Source: a virus (taxonomy: Duplodnaviria > Caudoviricetes). Taken from it: a stretch of 62,428 nucleotides of DNA. A program made the position numbers and the translations under genes. Every line of letters starts with the position of its first letter. Position 1 is the first letter of the stretch. Where the stretch lies: positions 1 through 62,428 of IMG/VR virus record IMGVR_UViG_3300017903_003401, one strand, 5' to 3'. A model generated the notes under the pieces. It made no database searches and was not told the DNA's origin. It worked only from the letters and a program-made list of their open reading frames with translations. Below, piece by piece: positions 25,889-38,400 of this stretch.

Positions 25889-25913
25889 CAAGACTCCTTT
25901 TTTTGTATAGAGT
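25878..25913 (+). promoter_or_regulatory. Overlapping terminator hairpin and sigma70 promoter
   Basis: AAAGGAGT-tgacaag-ACTCCTTT followed by TTTT; TTGACA(25885)-17 nt-TAGAGT. Confidence 0.65.
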
Positions 25914-25936
25914 ATCAAAGTCGTCTGGATGAAGTT

Positions 25937-26083
25937 ATGGCAAAGGTTAAAAAGTCTCTGACTGGTCAATCAATGATTGAGTCGCGTCCAAAGAAAACTC
26001 GACAGGGTTCAGGTCAACATACAAAGTATGCAGCATCATCACGTAATGGAAAACCAAAGAGGTATCGTGGACAGGGACGTTAA
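25937..26083 (+). CDS. Small very basic protein (MAKVKKS...KRYRGQGR), not in the ORF track
   Basis: 48 aa, read manually; follows the promoter. Confidence 0.7.
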   Translation: MAKVKKSLTGQSMIESRPKKTRQGSGQHTKYAASSRNGKPKRYRGQGR

Positions 26084-26086
26084 TGT

Positions 26087-26242
26087 ATGAATCTAATTCT
26101 TCGACCACTCAATGATGTTAATGATGTGACATGGAGTGTTATCATATGTTTGATAATACTTTTACTTGGAGTGAGCTATTATATAGTAATGATACTTAAA
26201 TTATCATTTCAAGAATTAGAAGATGATTCAAATAGAAGATAG
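26087..26242 (+). CDS. Small membrane protein (51 aa), not in the ORF track
   Basis: WSVIICLIILLLGVSYYIVMIL hydrophobic helix. Confidence 0.6.
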   Translation: MNLILRPLNDVNDVTWSVIICLIILLLGVSYYIVMILKLSFQELEDDSNRR

Positions 26243-26822
26243 ATATAGTACAGAATATGAATGGGTATCAACTCATCCATATGATTTGTGGGTCTATAAT
26301 AAATTACAAGTAAGTCGGGTATTAGGATATGAGTGTGGACCAGCTGGTCTCGCCGTTCCTAAACCCGACTTTTATATTGTAAGACCATGTATTAATTTCA
26401 TGGGTATGAGTCGAAATGCTCGAATAGAACACTTAACAGAAAATACAGAAAATTTACATCCTGCAGAATTTTGGTGTGAGATATTTGAAGGTGAGCATAT
26501 ATCAGTTGATTATTATCAAGGACAACAGGAACTCACTGTAAAGGGTGAGAGAGACCCTCAGGATCCATTGTACAAGTGGAAGAAGTGGTATAAGGTAGAA
26601 AGAGACATACCATTACCAAAAGTTTTTGAAGAAATAAGTGAGAGATATGATTGGATTAATTGTGAGTATATTGGTGGTAAATTAATTGAGATACATTTGA
26701 GAGGTAATCCAAATTTTAATTTTGGAGGTGATTCAATTTCTCCTGTATGGGAGGGAGATAATATATCGGAATATATAGAACAAAGAAATTATAAAAGGTT
26801 AGGATTTATAATAGATGGATAA
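26223..26822 (+). CDS. Hypothetical protein, possibly ATP-grasp-like
   Basis: IVRP..N..G, EIFEGEHISVD and INCE...LIEIHLR patterns resemble ATP-grasp motifs. Confidence 0.55.
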   Translation: MIQIEDRYSTEYEWVSTHPYDLWVYNKLQVSRVLGYECGPAGLAVPKPDFYIVRPCINFMGMSRNARIEHLTENTENLHPAEFWCEIFEGEHISVDYYQGQQELTVKGERDPQDPLYKWKKWYKVERDIPLPKVFEEISERYDWINCEYIGGKLIEIHLRGNPNFNFGGDSISPVWEGDNISEYIEQRNYKRLGFIIDG

Positions 26823-26970
26823 GAATTTTCTTAGAGAGATCAATCACGATCAGAAGACACCCAAGAACAAGAAGAAGGTAAGAGAAGATGGTTTTTATGA
26901 AGCCAGTGAGGCAGATTATAAAGATTTTTGGGAGAATGAGGATAATCAACCAGATTTACTAACTGAATAA
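26815..26970 (+). CDS. Small hypothetical protein (MDKNFLREIN..., 51 aa), not in the ORF track
   Basis: Read manually; fills the gap before the late promoter. Confidence 0.6.
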   Translation: MDKNFLREINHDQKTPKNKKKVREDGFYEASEADYKDFWENEDNQPDLLTE

Positions 26971-26987
26971 TTTTTTTTAATATCGTA

Positions 26988-26994
26988 ATAAATA
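26988..26994 (+). promoter_or_regulatory. T4-like late promoter (ATAAATA) before the baseplate operon
   Basis: Same core seen at 41572, 44351, 54364, 56666, 58118 (TATAAATA) and 59698, each shortly before a structural gene. Confidence 0.7.
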
Positions 26995-27019
26995 ATGATA
27001 GAATTGTTGTAACAGATCT

Positions 27020-27421
27020 GTGCCCGTCCAAAGAGTCAGTCAAGGTTTCAAGGACGTAAGTGCTACGTTTAAGGTCAACCCTATTAATTTTGATATCATT
27101 GCAGTTCGTAATGAAAATGCAATTGCTCGTTCAATTCGTAATTTAGTTTTGACTGCACCTGGGGATGTACCTTTCAATCCACAACTTGGTTCAAGAGTTA
27201 ATGAACTGTTATTTGAAAATTTAGATAATCTAACAGCATCTTCAATTGCATCTGAAATTGAAAATACTATTACAGTCTTTGAACCAAGAGTGAATTTAGA
27301 GGAAGTAGTGGTTACTGCCAACTTTGATAATAATTCATTTGATGTCAGAATTCTGTACGAGATTATTGGTATACCTTTAGACCTACAACAATTAGAATTT
27401 GTGTTACTACCCACCAGGTAA
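27020..27421 (+). CDS. g25: Baseplate wedge subunit gp25
   Basis: AIARSIRNLVLT.PG..PF.P.LGS, FEPRV motifs; directly precedes gp6. Confidence 0.9.
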   Translation: MPVQRVSQGFKDVSATFKVNPINFDIIAVRNENAIARSIRNLVLTAPGDVPFNPQLGSRVNELLFENLDNLTASSIASEIENTITVFEPRVNLEEVVVTANFDNNSFDVRILYEIIGIPLDLQQLEFVLLPTR

Positions 27422-29380
27422 ATGCCTTTAGTCAACTTTAGCAACTTAGATTTTGATCAGATCAAGGAATCCATTAAGGATTACCTTAGAGCAAATTCGA
27501 ATTTCACTGATTATGATTATGAAGGATCTAATCTAAGTACAATTATAGACACTTTAGCATATAATACTTACATCACCTCATACAATGCCAACATGGTATC
27601 GAATGAGGTGTTCATTGATAGTGCAACATTGAGAGAAAATGTTGTATCTTTGGCTAGAAATATTGGGTATGTACCGAGATCAAGAAAATCAGCAACTGCA
27701 AATATTTCATTTGTTGTAAATTTATCAGGAACAAGTGCTGTAACTGCAACTCTAAAGGCGGGTATTAATTTTACATCAAGATCAATTGCACCAAATACGA
27801 CAAGAAATTTCACATTTTCAACTTTAAATGATATTACAGTTCCTGTAGACTCTACAGGTAGAGCAAATTTCTTAAATATTGACATTTTTGAGGGTACTTT
27901 TGTCACCCAGACGTTTAAAGTTGATTCAAAAAACTTTCAACAGAAATTTATTTTACCAAATTCAGGAATTGATACTGATTTATTATCAGTCGTTGTAAGA
28001 GATACTGAACAATCAACAGTTTCAAGGACATTTAAAAAATTTAATAGTCTTTTTGATGTCACAAAAGACACAAGAGCATACTTCATTCAAGAAATTGAGC
28101 AGGAAAGATACCAATTATTGTTTGGAGATGGTGTTTTTGGTACAAAATTAGAAGATCAAAACTTCATTGAGGCAAGTTACATCACTTGTAATGGTGAAAT
28201 TGCCAATAATATCGGTCGATTTACGTTTGTTGGTACTATTGTAGACAATAACGGAGCATTTGTTACCAATGGAATTTCATTGGTGTCAACAAATACTCGA
28301 TCAGGTGGTGGAGAAAGTATAGAATCTGTTGAATCTATCAAAAAATATGCACCACAAATCTACTCTTCACAAAATCGTGCCGTAACAGCAGCAGATTATG
28401 AGGCATTGATCCCTCAAGTCTACCCAGAAGCAGAGTCTGTATCTGCTTTTGGAGGTGAGGACTTGTCTCCACCAAGATTTGGTAAGGTTTTTATAAGTAT
28501 CAAGCCATATAATGGAGTTTTTATTCCATCAAGTATTAAACAAAATCTACAGAAGAGTATTAAACAGTATTCTGTAGCAGGAATCATGCCTGAAATTATT
28601 GATTTGAAGTTTCTTTTTGTTGAAGCTGACTGTGAAGTCTATTATAATACAAATCTTGCACGAAATGCATCATCAGTACAAGACTTAGTTACTTTAAATA
28701 TTGAAAAATATGCAGATTCTTCTGAATTAAATAGATTTGGTGCGAGATTTAAGTATTCAAAGTTTCAAAATGTGATTGATAGAAGTGATAGTTCTATTAC
28801 ATCTAATATTACTAATGTGAATATGAGAAGAGACATTGTTGCTCAACTAAATCAATTCGCAGAATATGAGTTATGTTTTGGTAATCAAGTTTATGTGAAG
28901 AATAGTACTGGAAATCCCGTATTCGATGGTAATCTTATTGGATACAATATCAAATCATCTGGTTTTGTTGTAAGTGGAATAAGTGGAGTTGTATACCTTG
29001 GGGATATCCCAACAGGAAATCTTGAGCAAGGTTCGTTATTCTTGTTTAGACTTATTACTCCTACTCAACCAATTTTAGTAAAACAAAATGTTGGTACTAT
29101 TGATTACTTGAAGGGTGAGATTAAATTAAATCCAATTAATATTATTTCAACAGTTGTAAATCAAGATGCACCGTTGATTCAAATATCGACAACACCATTT
29201 TCAAATGATGTCATTGGTCTCCAAGATCTCTATCTACAACTCGATGTAAATAATACAACAGTTGATGTTATTGCTGACAACATTTCTTCAGGAAATGATG
29301 TTTCAGGTACAAATTACATTGTATCATCAAGTTACGGAACAAAAGGTATAGTAAGGGGAACACCTATTACTAATGTTTGA
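27422..29380 (+). CDS. g6: Baseplate wedge subunit gp6
   Basis: LDFDQIK...DYDYEGSNLS..ID.LAYNTY...DSATLRENVVSLA; QNRAVTAADY. Confidence 0.92.
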   Translation: MPLVNFSNLDFDQIKESIKDYLRANSNFTDYDYEGSNLSTIIDTLAYNTYITSYNANMVSNEVFIDSATLRENVVSLARNIGYVPRSRKSATANISFVVNLSGTSAVTATLKAGINFTSRSIAPNTTRNFTFSTLNDITVPVDSTGRANFLNIDIFEGTFVTQTFKVDSKNFQQKFILPNSGIDTDLLSVVVRDTEQSTVSRTFKKFNSLFDVTKDTRAYFIQEIEQERYQLLFGDGVFGTKLEDQNFIEASYITCNGEIANNIGRFTFVGTIVDNNGAFVTNGISLVSTNTRSGGGESIESVESIKKYAPQIYSSQNRAVTAADYEALIPQVYPEAESVSAFGGEDLSPPRFGKVFISIKPYNGVFIPSSIKQNLQKSIKQYSVAGIMPEIIDLKFLFVEADCEVYYNTNLARNASSVQDLVTLNIEKYADSSELNRFGARFKYSKFQNVIDRSDSSITSNITNVNMRRDIVAQLNQFAEYELCFGNQVYVKNSTGNPVFDGNLIGYNIKSSGFVVSGISGVVYLGDIPTGNLEQGSLFLFRLITPTQPILVKQNVGTIDYLKGEIKLNPINIISTVVNQDAPLIQISTTPFSNDVIGLQDLYLQLDVNNTTVDVIADNISSGNDVSGTNYIVSSSYGTKGIVRGTPITNV

Positions 29381-29408
29381 TCTAACTCAACAATAATTAA
29401 AAAATAAA

Positions 29409-32400
29409 ATGGCAGTAGATAGAGTAAAATTTCAGGAAATTGTTTCAAGTCAACTTCCAAGATACGTAAGAGAAGATTTTCCTCTCTTAGTGGAGTTTTT
29501 GGAGCAATATTATGTATCACAAGAGTATGAAAGTGGTCCTATTGACATCATCAGTAATATTGACAAATATGTCAAAGTAGAACAACTCACTAATCTTGTA
29601 GACTCTACTAATCTTGATCAAGATTTAGAAATTTCATCATTTGATTCTGAGATAACTGTAGACTCAACTGTTGGTTTTGCTGAAAATAACGGTATCATCA
29701 GAATTGATAATGAAATCATATTATATGAAACAAAGACATCAAATAAATTTCAAAATTGTACCAGGGGATTTAGTGGTATTACCACTTATGTGACTACTGG
29801 TAAACCAAATGAACTTACCTTTAGTGAATCAGAAGTAGATACCCATTCAGATGGTGCTGTTGTTGAAAATCTCAATATATTATTCCTCAAACAGTTCTTA
29901 ATAAAGTTAAAGAAACAGTTCACTCCAGGATTCTCAGAAAGATCTTTTTTCAGTGGAGTGAATGCTCAGAACTTCATTTATAACGCCAAAAGTTTTTACA
30001 GTTCTAAGGGTTCAAATCAGTCTTACGAAATCCTTTTTAGGGCACTGTATGGAGAGGATGTTGAAGTAATTCTTCCCTCCAGATTTTTATTAACACCATC
30101 TAATGCTGACTATAGAGTTACCAAGGATTATATTGTAGAAAGACTTCAAGGCAATCCTCTTGATTTAAAAAATCTTACAATTTTTCAAAAGGGAACTAAT
30201 GCAAGAGGATCTGTATCTAATGTCAAACAGATACCTTATGAAAATTTTCAGTACTTCCAAATTAGTATTGACTCAGGAACATCAATTGATAGTGATGTAA
30301 ATGGTTCTATCTATGGTGAGTTTAGAGCAAATCCACTCACAAAAGTTTTAGATACTGTTAGTATTGGTGCGTCTATAATAAACGTTGACTCAACAATAGA
30401 TTTTCCTGAGTTTGGTGAGTTGATTGTTAGGGATATTGATGATGACCAAGTTTCTATTGCATATAGTGGTAAAACAATAAATCAATTTTTCAATGTAAGT
30501 GGAGTTACAAATACAATTAACAAAAAAACTGACATTAAGTTAGACTCGTATTCTTATGCTTATGTTGGTATTGATACATCTCAAGAGATCAGAGTTAGAT
30601 TTACATCTTCTTTGAAGAATTTTGTGCAGAACGATCCAACTCGTTATTTTAGAAAAGATGACACGATTGAAATCAAGTCTTTGGGGTATGAAGCACCAGG
30701 AAAGAAAAATAATGCTTATGTTCTAAATGTAAAGACTAAATTTAAGATTGCAGAGACTGAAATAGTTGACGAATCTAATGTTTATAAATTTACCTTATAC
30801 GACAAAACATTCTTCAAGGAAGGTTATATTGTAAGATACGAAAATTTTGATCAATCCATCTCAATAGAAGGTAGGGTAACAAGAGTATCATCAGATGATG
30901 TCATAAATGTTCAATTTAGTGCTCCAATACCTATGATTGGTGAGTACTTTATTGAAAATCAATTACTTAAGGGTAAATCCTCTAAGTATCCATATCTCAA
31001 CAATTTTGTAGCAAATGTCCAAAACACATATTCAAGATTTGATCAGAGTTTAGTCATTGCATCTAACTCATTACCAAGATACGACAATGTAGAGACCAAT
31101 ACATATGACAAGAAGATCACGTTCTCTGCATCACTACTTAGTACAGACACTCTGAGTCTTCCCACCAATCCAACTACACTTCCTGACCACGGATTCTACA
31201 CTGGTGATGCTGTCTATTACGAATCTAATGGTAATGGTTTCCAAGGTGTATCATCTGGTTCTTATTTTGTTTTTAGAGTCGATAAAGATAATATTAAACT
31301 TGCAAGAAGTAAGTCAAATTTAGGAAAAGAGATTTATATCACATTTAATGGTTCTGTAGTCAATGCATCTATTAGTTTATTAGAAAATTTTGATAAAACC
31401 ATTGAACCTCAAGGTTTGTATAGATCAGTTCTTGATCCATTAAACAGATCTGAGAGTATAGAAACAAGGTTTGGTTATACGGGTATCTTTGTCAATGGTC
31501 TTGAACTACTTAACTACAAGTCATCCAATAGTGTTTACTATGGCAATATACGTAATCTAACGATTACTGATGGTGGTTTAGGTTATGATGTTATAAATCC
31601 ACCAGTTCTTAATATTAAGGATAGTGTAGGGGTTGGAGCGACTGGAGTATGTAATGTAAGAGGTGTTTTACAAAGAATTGACGTTTCAGATCCAGGTAGA
31701 TATTATGATGTACCTTCTATCAAGATAAGTGGTGGTAATGGTAGAGGTGCAATAGCATTACCTCGATTAAGTTCGACTAGAAGGACAAATACATTTATTG
31801 CAAACAGTCCTGCAGTTGATATATCAAACAATACAATCAAATTTAGTGAAGATCATAGATTTTTTGATGGTGAGGGTGTAATATACGAACCACAAGGAAA
31901 CAAGATAATAGCAGGTCTCTCGACCAATGCTGAATATTACGTATTTGTTAAAACTTCAGATAAAATTTCATTACATAGAACAAAAAATGATGCACTTTTA
32001 GGTAAAAGTCCAATTGCACTTACCGAACAAGGTAAAGGTTTGCAACAATTTACTTCAGTTGACCTAAAAATCAATGTTTCAAGTATTTTAGTTGTAAATC
32101 CTGGAATTGACTACGAAAACAAGAAAAGAACAATTCCATTTACAGGCGTAAACACTGCATCAAACCAAGTTGAAATTGTCAATCATGGTTTTGAGACGAA
32201 AGAGAAGGTTCAATACACATTAGGTAGTCCTCGAATAGAGGGTTTAAAAGAGAATACTGATTATTATGTTGTAAAGATAAATGATAATGCATTTTCACTT
32301 ACAGAGGTTGGTGTAGGGACTATAAAAGAAGACTTTTTCTTTAATAGAAACTTACTTATTGATTTTAAAAATCCGGGTAATGGTTCTTTCAATTATCCAC

Positions 32401-35400
32401 CAATTAATGTAGAAATTCAGGGTAATCCTGTTATATTTGATAAAGCCAATACTGATATTTTTGATAACACTATTGTTATAGAATCTCCTATTGAAAATAA
32501 CACTGTAGTAGCTGAAAGAACACTTGCATTTACTCAAAATGAGGCAAAGATCTTAACTAATTCACTCTTCCCGACAGATTATTTTGTTGAAATTGAGAAA
32601 ACTGGTGTTTATTTGATTAGTGATGCGAACTTTATTTCAAATACAATCACTTATGGTGCAAAAATTGAACCTGTGTTCAGAGGTTACATAGATTCTGTTG
32701 ATATTACTGATGGTGGTGTAGGATATGGATCATCCACAATTATTGACTTTGTAAGACAACCTGAAATCACATTTGAATCAGGAAAAGGTGCTAAAATTGT
32801 CCCCATCATTAATGATGGTCAAATAGTTGAAGTTATAGTTACAACACCAGGATCAGGATATAATTGTCAACCAGATATTCAAATTGTAAGTGAAACTGGT
32901 AAGTTTGCACAATTGGTTCCTATTGTAAAAAATGGAGTCATTGATAGTGTTGTAGTACAGAGTGGTGGTGTTGATTATGTAGATGGAAAGACATTCTTGA
33001 ATGTAATTTCACCAGCTACTGGTGCTAATTCAATTGCAAACATCAATTCATGGAATGTTAATCTTTTTGAGAAGAACTTTGCAAATATTTTAGATGATGA
33101 TTGTATACTTCAAAGCAATTTAAAAAATAATTCACTTCAATTCTCATCAATTTATGCACCTAGACCATTAAGATCATCAATTAATGTGGTTTCAGGATTT
33201 AATAAAGATAATGTCAAGTATGGTATATTTGACATCACACTCAATAATTCAGGAGAAGAGGAAGATAATGTTTTCCACTCACCCATTTTAGGATGGGCCT
33301 ATGATGGAAATCCAATTTATGGACCATACGGTTTTAGTAATATTGATGGTACTGGTTCTATCCGTAGAATGAAGAGCGGATACAAATTATTGAATACTCC
33401 GATCAACAGACCATCATATGATGCATTTCCAAATGGTTTCTTTGTAGATGACTTTATTTTCAGTGGTGATGGTGATTTGGATGAGTCAAATGGAAGATTC
33501 TGTGTCACTCCAGACTATCCAAACGGTGTATATGCTTACTTCTGTACTGTTTCTGATACTATTGACAATTCAGGACCATTTAAAAAATATAGAAGACCTG
33601 TATTCCCATACGTAATTGGTAATAAATTCAGATCTACACCTAACAGATATAATTTTGTTGGTACATCTAATCAAACAGATTATGATATTACACAGGACGG
33701 TTTATTCAGAAATACAAGTTATTACTTTACAAATGGTGGTAATTCTGGTTATGACTATATCTTCAATTCTGATCTCATAATCAACCAAACACTTGATGTA
33801 ACATCTACAACATCTGGTTCTGTTGATGGATTGAATATTATTGATGGGGGAGATAATTATAAAGTTGACGATAATGTTATTCTCGATTCAAGAGGAACCG
33901 GGGGAAGAAATGCAAAGTTCAAAGTATCCGATATTTCGGGTAAGTCAATCACTAATGTAAGTTTAGCAAAAACAGTCTTTAATGATGTTGAATTCACATC
34001 ATCTTCAAATAATAATGTTTTTATAGGTATAACTTCAACACCCCACAATTTCCTATCTAATGAAACCATTTTTATTGATAATGTATCTCAATATTATAGG
34101 GGGTTCGAAGGTGCATATAATGTTGGAGTATCAAGTCTAAGTGGTTTATTATCAGTTGGTTTAAATACGTGTACCACTACCGGAATCGTTACTTACATAA
34201 GTCTTTCAGGTTCTCTATTATTTAATGTTGCATCTAATGATATACTTAAAATTGAAAGTGAAAAGGTAAAAGTTCTTAACATCGATAGAAAATCAAGTAG
34301 AGTCAGAGTATTAAGAGAAATTGATGGTACACTCGGTGTTGCCCATTCCGTAGGAACTATAGTAAGAGATGATTCTAGATTGATCTCATTTGCATCATTA
34401 GGAATCAATACAACAAAGAGTCTCCCTTTTAATAAACAATATTACTTTGAACCAAATGAATCGATTGGAATAGGTTCGGATTCGGTGGGGACTGCAACAA
34501 CTATTACTTTCGCAAATCCTGGCTTAGGTGATACTCAGATTGTATTAGAACAACAACAGGTTTATATTCCTGACCACAATTTATCATTGAATGTTCCACT
34601 AATTTACTACACAAATGGAGGAACATCTCTTACTGTTTGGAGTGGCATTGAGAATACACCAATTTACAATCTGGACCAAACCAGAAATCTATTTGCAGTT
34701 CCATTGACTAAAGATATAATTGGAGTATCAACTCAAAGAGTTGGTGTCAATTCAGAGGGAACATTTGTTGGTGTTAATAGTGAGGCAGGAGGTTTATTAT
34801 ATTTTATTAGTAAAGTTGGGTTAGGAAGTTATCATAGTTTTAATACTAACATTGATGATGTATTGAGGGGTCGGGTCTCTAAAAACATTGTCACAGTATC
34901 TACTGGTCAAACTCATGGTTTGAAGAGAAATGACTTAATAAACATTGACGTAAATCCAACTACAACCACAACTATTAAGGTAACATATGATGATTTCAAT
35001 AGGAGGATTGTTTTTGACTCTGACACTATTGAACCTGAAGATATAAACACAGGAGAAAATACCTTTAAAGTTCCAGCAAACAAATATAATAGTGGTGATA
35101 AGATAATTTATTCTTCATCTGATCCATCATTGAACCTTACTGCATCATCGATGTATTATGTGTTCAAAAATAATGAAGATACTATTAGGATAGTTAAAAA
35201 TAAAAATGAACTTTCTAATGAAAATCCCAATTTCATAAACATTGGATCTGCAACAACTGCAATAATCTCAAGAATAAATCCAGGAGTATTTGTTCAAAAA
35301 AATCAAAATATAAAATTTGATTTATCAGACCCTTCATTATCTTTCTCTGCAGGACCACTTAAGTTCTCTGCATTTGACATGTTCATTTACAGTGACAATA

Positions 35401-38400
35401 AAAAACAAAACAAATTTTACACTACAAAGACAACACGTAATTTTGAAGTCACAAAGTCTGGTAAGATTGGTATAGACTCTACTGCATTCCTTAATATTAA
35501 AATTAGTAATAATATTCCAGAGGTTCTTTATTACGGATTTGAACCTGATAATATAGATCTTATTCCTTCTGTAAAATTAGATATTTACGATGATGTAGAT
35601 GTACCTGACAATAATACTTTAAATCTTGTTAAGAACAAATTTGATGGTTCTTATACAGTTGTTGGAGTAACTTCTGATACGTTCACATATAATATTCCTT
35701 TTGATTCTGATGATGTGATATCTTATGGATCATCAGATTCAAATGCCACTTATTTTACTAATTCACCTAATGCAATAGGACCTATCAATAAATTGTCACT
35801 TATTGATAGTGGTATTGGATACTTAACCCTTCCTGATTATTTTAAAGTTGATAGTAAAAAAGGCACCGGTGCACTTTTAGAACCAGTTAGTAAGTCAATT
35901 GGTAATATTATAGGAACCAGATTTAATAATATTGGTTTTGGTTATCCATCTGATAGAACACTTAATGCTGTTGCAAACTTACCACAGATATTATTGGTAA
36001 CACCCCTTGGTAAATTTGAATCTATTGGAATATCTTCTGCAGGTGTAAATTATAGTCAACCTGCTGATCTTATCGTAATTGATGGATTGAGTGGTGAACA
36101 ACTTGATGTTGAATTGAGATATGAGCTGGAGGATTCTCAGGTAGAGATTATAAGAAATACAAATTCAATTAACTCTGTTCCCCCAATATTCATTCCTACT
36201 AATAATACCAACGGGTTTAATGTAAATTCAGTAACTTATAATGATTCGACCAAAATCGTTCGTATTGTCTTTACAAATGAATTCAGCGAAGAGAAGGATT
36301 GGCCATTTAAGGTTGGAGAGAAAGTTCTTGTAGAAAATATTGCTGTTGGTTTTACAACAACTGGTAAAGGATACAATTCAGAAGATTATGGTTATGCACT
36401 ATTTGAAGTAACTTCTCTTGATTCACAACTTGGTGGTGCTGGAGCATATATTGAATATGATCTGACTGATTATCTTGGTCCAAATGAATTCCCCGGTGAT
36501 ACTACATCTCTATTTGCTGGGTCAGTTACTCCTCAATCATTCTTCCCGATTTTTGATTCAAATGTTATTGTAGCAGATTTCTTCAAGAATGAAAGAGTTG
36601 TAAATCCTGGTGGTGTTGGTATTGTAGAGAGATTTGATCCATTCACAAGATTCCTTTATGTTCAATCTGAGGATGACTTTGAGGTTGGTACAATTATAAC
36701 TTCAGATACCTCTGGAAATAAAGCAATTATTGAATCAAGATTGGATTTTGATGCTACAATAAACCTTGGTGTGGGTGTCACCGTAATTGATGGATGGCAA
36801 ACAAATTCTGGTTTCCTGAATGACAATTTACAAGTTATACCTAATAATGAGTACTATCAAAACTTCTCATACTCACTTAAATCAAGAGTCCCCTTTGATA
36901 CTTGGAATGATTCCGTAAGTGCACTCAATCATATTGCAGGTTTCCAAAAGTTTGCAGATCTTGTTATTGATAATGATGCAGTTGGTCTTGTAACAGCAAT
37001 TGGCGTTGAAGTTGAAACTGTAATTGACATTATTGGAGTTGAGTCACTATATTGTTTCCCTGATTTTGATGGTGGAACAGAGAGAACAATTGACATTTCT
37101 AACAACAAAGTTGTATCAAATGAAATTGTTTTTGAGAACAAGATTCTTCTTGATTATTTTGAATCAAGAGGTAACAGAGTTCTGAACATTGATGACTTTA
37201 GTGGCGAATTTAATTCAAATGCAAGAGAGACAAGATATTCAATTATTGACTTTTTTGATAATAAGTATGCCTGGAATAAGATATTCACACTCGTACAGGA
37301 CACAGAGATTAGAAATAGAAAACAATTTGGTATTGTAACAATCCTACAAGATGGAACAATTGGTTACTCAAATCAATATGGTACTCTTGATACTGGTAAA
37401 TTATTAGGTTCTTTTGATTACATTGGTGCTGGTACTAGTCAATGGGGATTAACATTCTTCCCCAATCTATTTGAATTCAACAACTATGAAGTATCTTACT
37501 TCTCATTCAGTGGTGTTGAAAGTGTTCTTGAAGTTGGTTCAAAAGATATTGGTGATATCATTTCAATTGGATCTTCTTCTGTCAGTGTTCCAGTCTCTAC
37601 AGAGACAACTTTGATTCAAATCCCAACAAGTAAAAGATCAGCAAAACTTCATGTACAACTTGAAAAAGGTGATAATGAGTATTTCTATACAGAATTGAAT
37701 GTTCTTCATGATGGTACCGATGTTGAACTGCTACAATATGGAAGTATTGACTCAACTCCTGGTATTTCAGATGGTTTTGGAACATACGATGCTGAAATTT
37801 CTGGTGGTAATGTTAATGTTAAGATTACTCCTACTGTAGGAACTGCATTAACTGCAAATATTTTATCTATTGAAACAGATGCGACCGCAACTGGTGTTGG
37901 TACAACGAGTTTGGTTACTACAAATCTTTCTTCTTACTATAAACAAATTTCGGCATCGGCATCTCCAGTAGCTCATGAAGTTGCATCATATGAAGATCCT
38001 TTTGCCTGTGAATACTTCATGGTTACGGTCCATGATACTACAAATAATGAGTATGAATTGTTTGAATGCCATGTACTCGATTCAAACAATTTAGGTATTG
38101 TCAAATATGGTAGTATTATCAGTTTTGTAGGACTTGGAACGATAGGTGTTTCAAAATCAAGTGAGACAGTTAGTTTGGTATATACACCAAATGAAAATAT
38201 TGCAGTTGATGTAAGGGTCTTTGGTATAAGTCTAAAGAACTTTGATAATATCACTGGCATTTCTTCAATTAGTGATCTTAACAACAATATCCTTTTCTCT
38301 GACTATGGAACTTACACAGGAACTGAATTTGATAAGAAGAGGTCATTTAGTCTTAAGAATAATGAACTACCCATCTTCCAAAGATCATTCTTAGGAAATA

